The notes below the pieces were generated by a model. That model did no database searches and had not been told where the DNA came from. It saw only the letters and a program-made list of their open reading frames with translations. Below, piece after piece: positions 62,590-64,000 of a stretch of 64,000 nt of DNA. Made by a program: the position numbers and the translations under genes. Source of the DNA: an uncultured delta proteobacterium (GTDB taxonomy: Bacteria > Desulfobacterota > Binatia > JACPRU01). The stretch spans positions 384,001-448,000 of the forward strand of contig CAVUWD010000016.1 in NCBI GenBank assembly GCA_963745025.1, given 5' to 3'. Numbering within the stretch: position 1 is the first letter of the stretch; every line of letters starts with the position of its first letter.

Positions 62590-63270
62590 TCATGGATGAA
62601 GTTCGGTCTGGCGGCTGGTGAGCGTACCTTCGCGCGCCCGCACGACTTCCGCTCGGCTGGCGATCCCGGAGAACAACTCGGCCTGCAGGGCATGCTTCGG
62701 CCACCACGGACGGGCATTGCGGAGCGTGAGGCAGAGCGCGGCAACGCTTCCCGCCAACCGTTCCCGGCTGAGCAGGACGAAGGTCACGTTCGAAGTCGCC
62801 GCCTGGCGGGCGAGCCTCGGCCAAGCGGACGCGAAGCGTGCGGCCGTGATCGAGGAGAGTCCATCGGCGAGATCGAGCAGCACGAGACGGAGCCCCTGAG
62901 TGCCGAGCAGGACCTCGCTCGAGCGCAGCGCTTCTCGCTCGTCGGGAGGGCGAACCCACAGCAGGCCGCGTAGCCGAATCCCGGCGGCTTTGGCGTGGCG
63001 AGGATCGAAGCGGTCGCGACAATCCACGAGAGCGGCGATCTCTCCCTGCCGGGTCGCGCAAGCCAAGAGTCCATAGGCGAGCGAGGTGCGACCCGAGGAA
63101 GTCGCGCCGTAGATCTCGCTCAAGCGGCCGCGTGGAAAGCCGCCGCCGAGCAGCCGATCGAGCCTCGGATTTCCTGACGAAAGATACTCTTCGGGGCGGG
63201 TAGGAATCTGGCCGAGGGTGACCCCCTTGGGTAGCGAGGAAAGCGTGGGACGTGCGGGTGCCGCTGCCAT
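62590..63270 (-). CDS. imuA: RecA-like ImuA
   Basis: LDRLLGGGFPRGRLSEIYG..SSGRTS, LVD..DRFDP, LLWVRP; first gene of the imu cassette. Confidence 0.85.
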   Translation of the reverse strand: MAAAPARPTLSSLPKGVTLGQIPTRPEEYLSSGNPRLDRLLGGGFPRGRLSEIYGATSSGRTSLAYGLLACATRQGEIAALVDCRDRFDPRHAKAAGIRLRGLLWVRPPDEREALRSSEVLLGTQGLRLVLLDLADGLSSITAARFASAWPRLARQAATSNVTFVLLSRERLAGSVAALCLTLRNARPWWPKHALQAELFSGIASRAEVVRAREGTLTSRQTELHP

Positions 63271-63285
63271 CGATCCAAAATAATT

Positions 63286-63301
63286 TTCGCTTTTCTTTCG
63301 C
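63286..63301. promoter_or_regulatory. Candidate SOS-type operator (direct repeat TTCGC-N6-TTCGC)
   Basis: TTTCGCT repeated with 11-bp period, 15-30 nt upstream of imuA in an AT-rich patch. Confidence 0.45.
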
Positions 63302-63357
63302 TTGGAGTCAAGGCTTTGCAGCAATTCGCTGAGATCCGCGATAGGTTCGGTGGTACG

Positions 63358-64000
63358 GTGTCACATTCCTGGAAGCACATCCTCGTCGAGACCGTTTTCG
63401 GCCTCGTTGCCGCCGTCGCGCTCGCCGCCGTCGCGCTCGCTTGGCGCCTGAGTCAGGGACCCATCCCGCTCGCCTTTCTCGATCCCCGGGTCGAGGCGGC
63501 GCTCTCGGGCCTGTTGCCCGGCGTCACGGCGCACGTCGAGCGTACCGAGCTCGGCTGGGCGGCGCACCTGCCCGAGCTGCGAGTGATCGGCGTGACGCTC
63601 GTGCACGGCGACCAGCCGGTGGCGTCGTTTCCGAGCCTCGGCATCCTGCCGAGCTTGCGTGCGCTCGCGCTCGGGCGATTCGCCGTGCATCGTGTGAGCC
63701 TCTCGGGAGTCCGTCTTACGCTCGTTCGCGATGCCAAGGGGCGACTGATGCTCGGGGCGGATCGTGCGGCGGGGGCTGGTGGGCAAACGATCGATCTATC
63801 GGCATTGCTTGCTTTCGGCGGCAATGGCGATTCGGCCACGAGATTTCTCAGACGCATTCAAATCCAAGATGCGGTCGTGAGCCTCGACGATCGCTCAACG
63901 GGAAGCCTCTGGCGCGCCGATGACGCAGACGTCCACATCAAGTTCGCCGATCAGGGCTTCACCGTTGACGTGGCCGCGACATTGTCGGTCGCCAGTCCGG
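63358..64000 (+). CDS. AsmA-like/DUF3971 protein, N-terminal part; runs off the right edge
   Basis: Manual translation: VSHSWKHILVETVFGLVAAVALAAVALAWRLSQGPIPLAFL...L.LVRDA.G; open to the window end. Confidence 0.65.
   Translation, partial: MSHSWKHILVETVFGLVAAVALAAVALAWRLSQGPIPLAFLDPRVEAALSGLLPGVTAHVERTELGWAAHLPELRVIGVTLVHGDQPVASFPSLGILPSLRALALGRFAVHRVSLSGVRLTLVRDAKGRLMLGADRAAGAGGQTIDLSALLAFGGNGDSATRFLRRIQIQDAVVSLDDRSTGSLWRADDADVHIKFADQGFTVDVAATLSVASP

Overview
High-GC bacterial window, probably from a metagenome assembly. The host cannot be determined; a Binatia/Myxococcota-like lineage is only a guess. Positions 1 to ~52.3 kb form a dense block for anaerobic aromatic catabolism and N-oxide respiration. 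It contains a five-subunit acetophenone-carboxylase-like operon with a CoA ligase, padBCD-like genes, and a periplasmic Nitrospira/anammox-type NXR/NAR operon that is heavily frameshifted (probably sequence error). It also has a DUF2249/membrane/DUF59/sigma54-activator unit and an ethylbenzene/steroid-C25-dehydrogenase-like Mo hydroxylase with its own cytochrome b and tetrahaem cytochrome c. The rest of the block is PadR plus a class I benzoyl-CoA reductase, a tungsten AOR fused to a MoaD domain, a clade II nos cluster and class III phaEC. Ten sigma54 -24/-12 promoter candidates drive nearly all of these units. From ~52.5 kb the region is housekeeping: two tRNA-Ser, ffs, dnaX-ybaB-recR, an ABC-F ATPase, imuA-imuB-dnaE2 and an AsmA-like gene start. 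It carries six copies of a heptamer-based palindromic repeat, two of them translated inside DnaE2. All calls come from reading motifs by eye; no searches were run.
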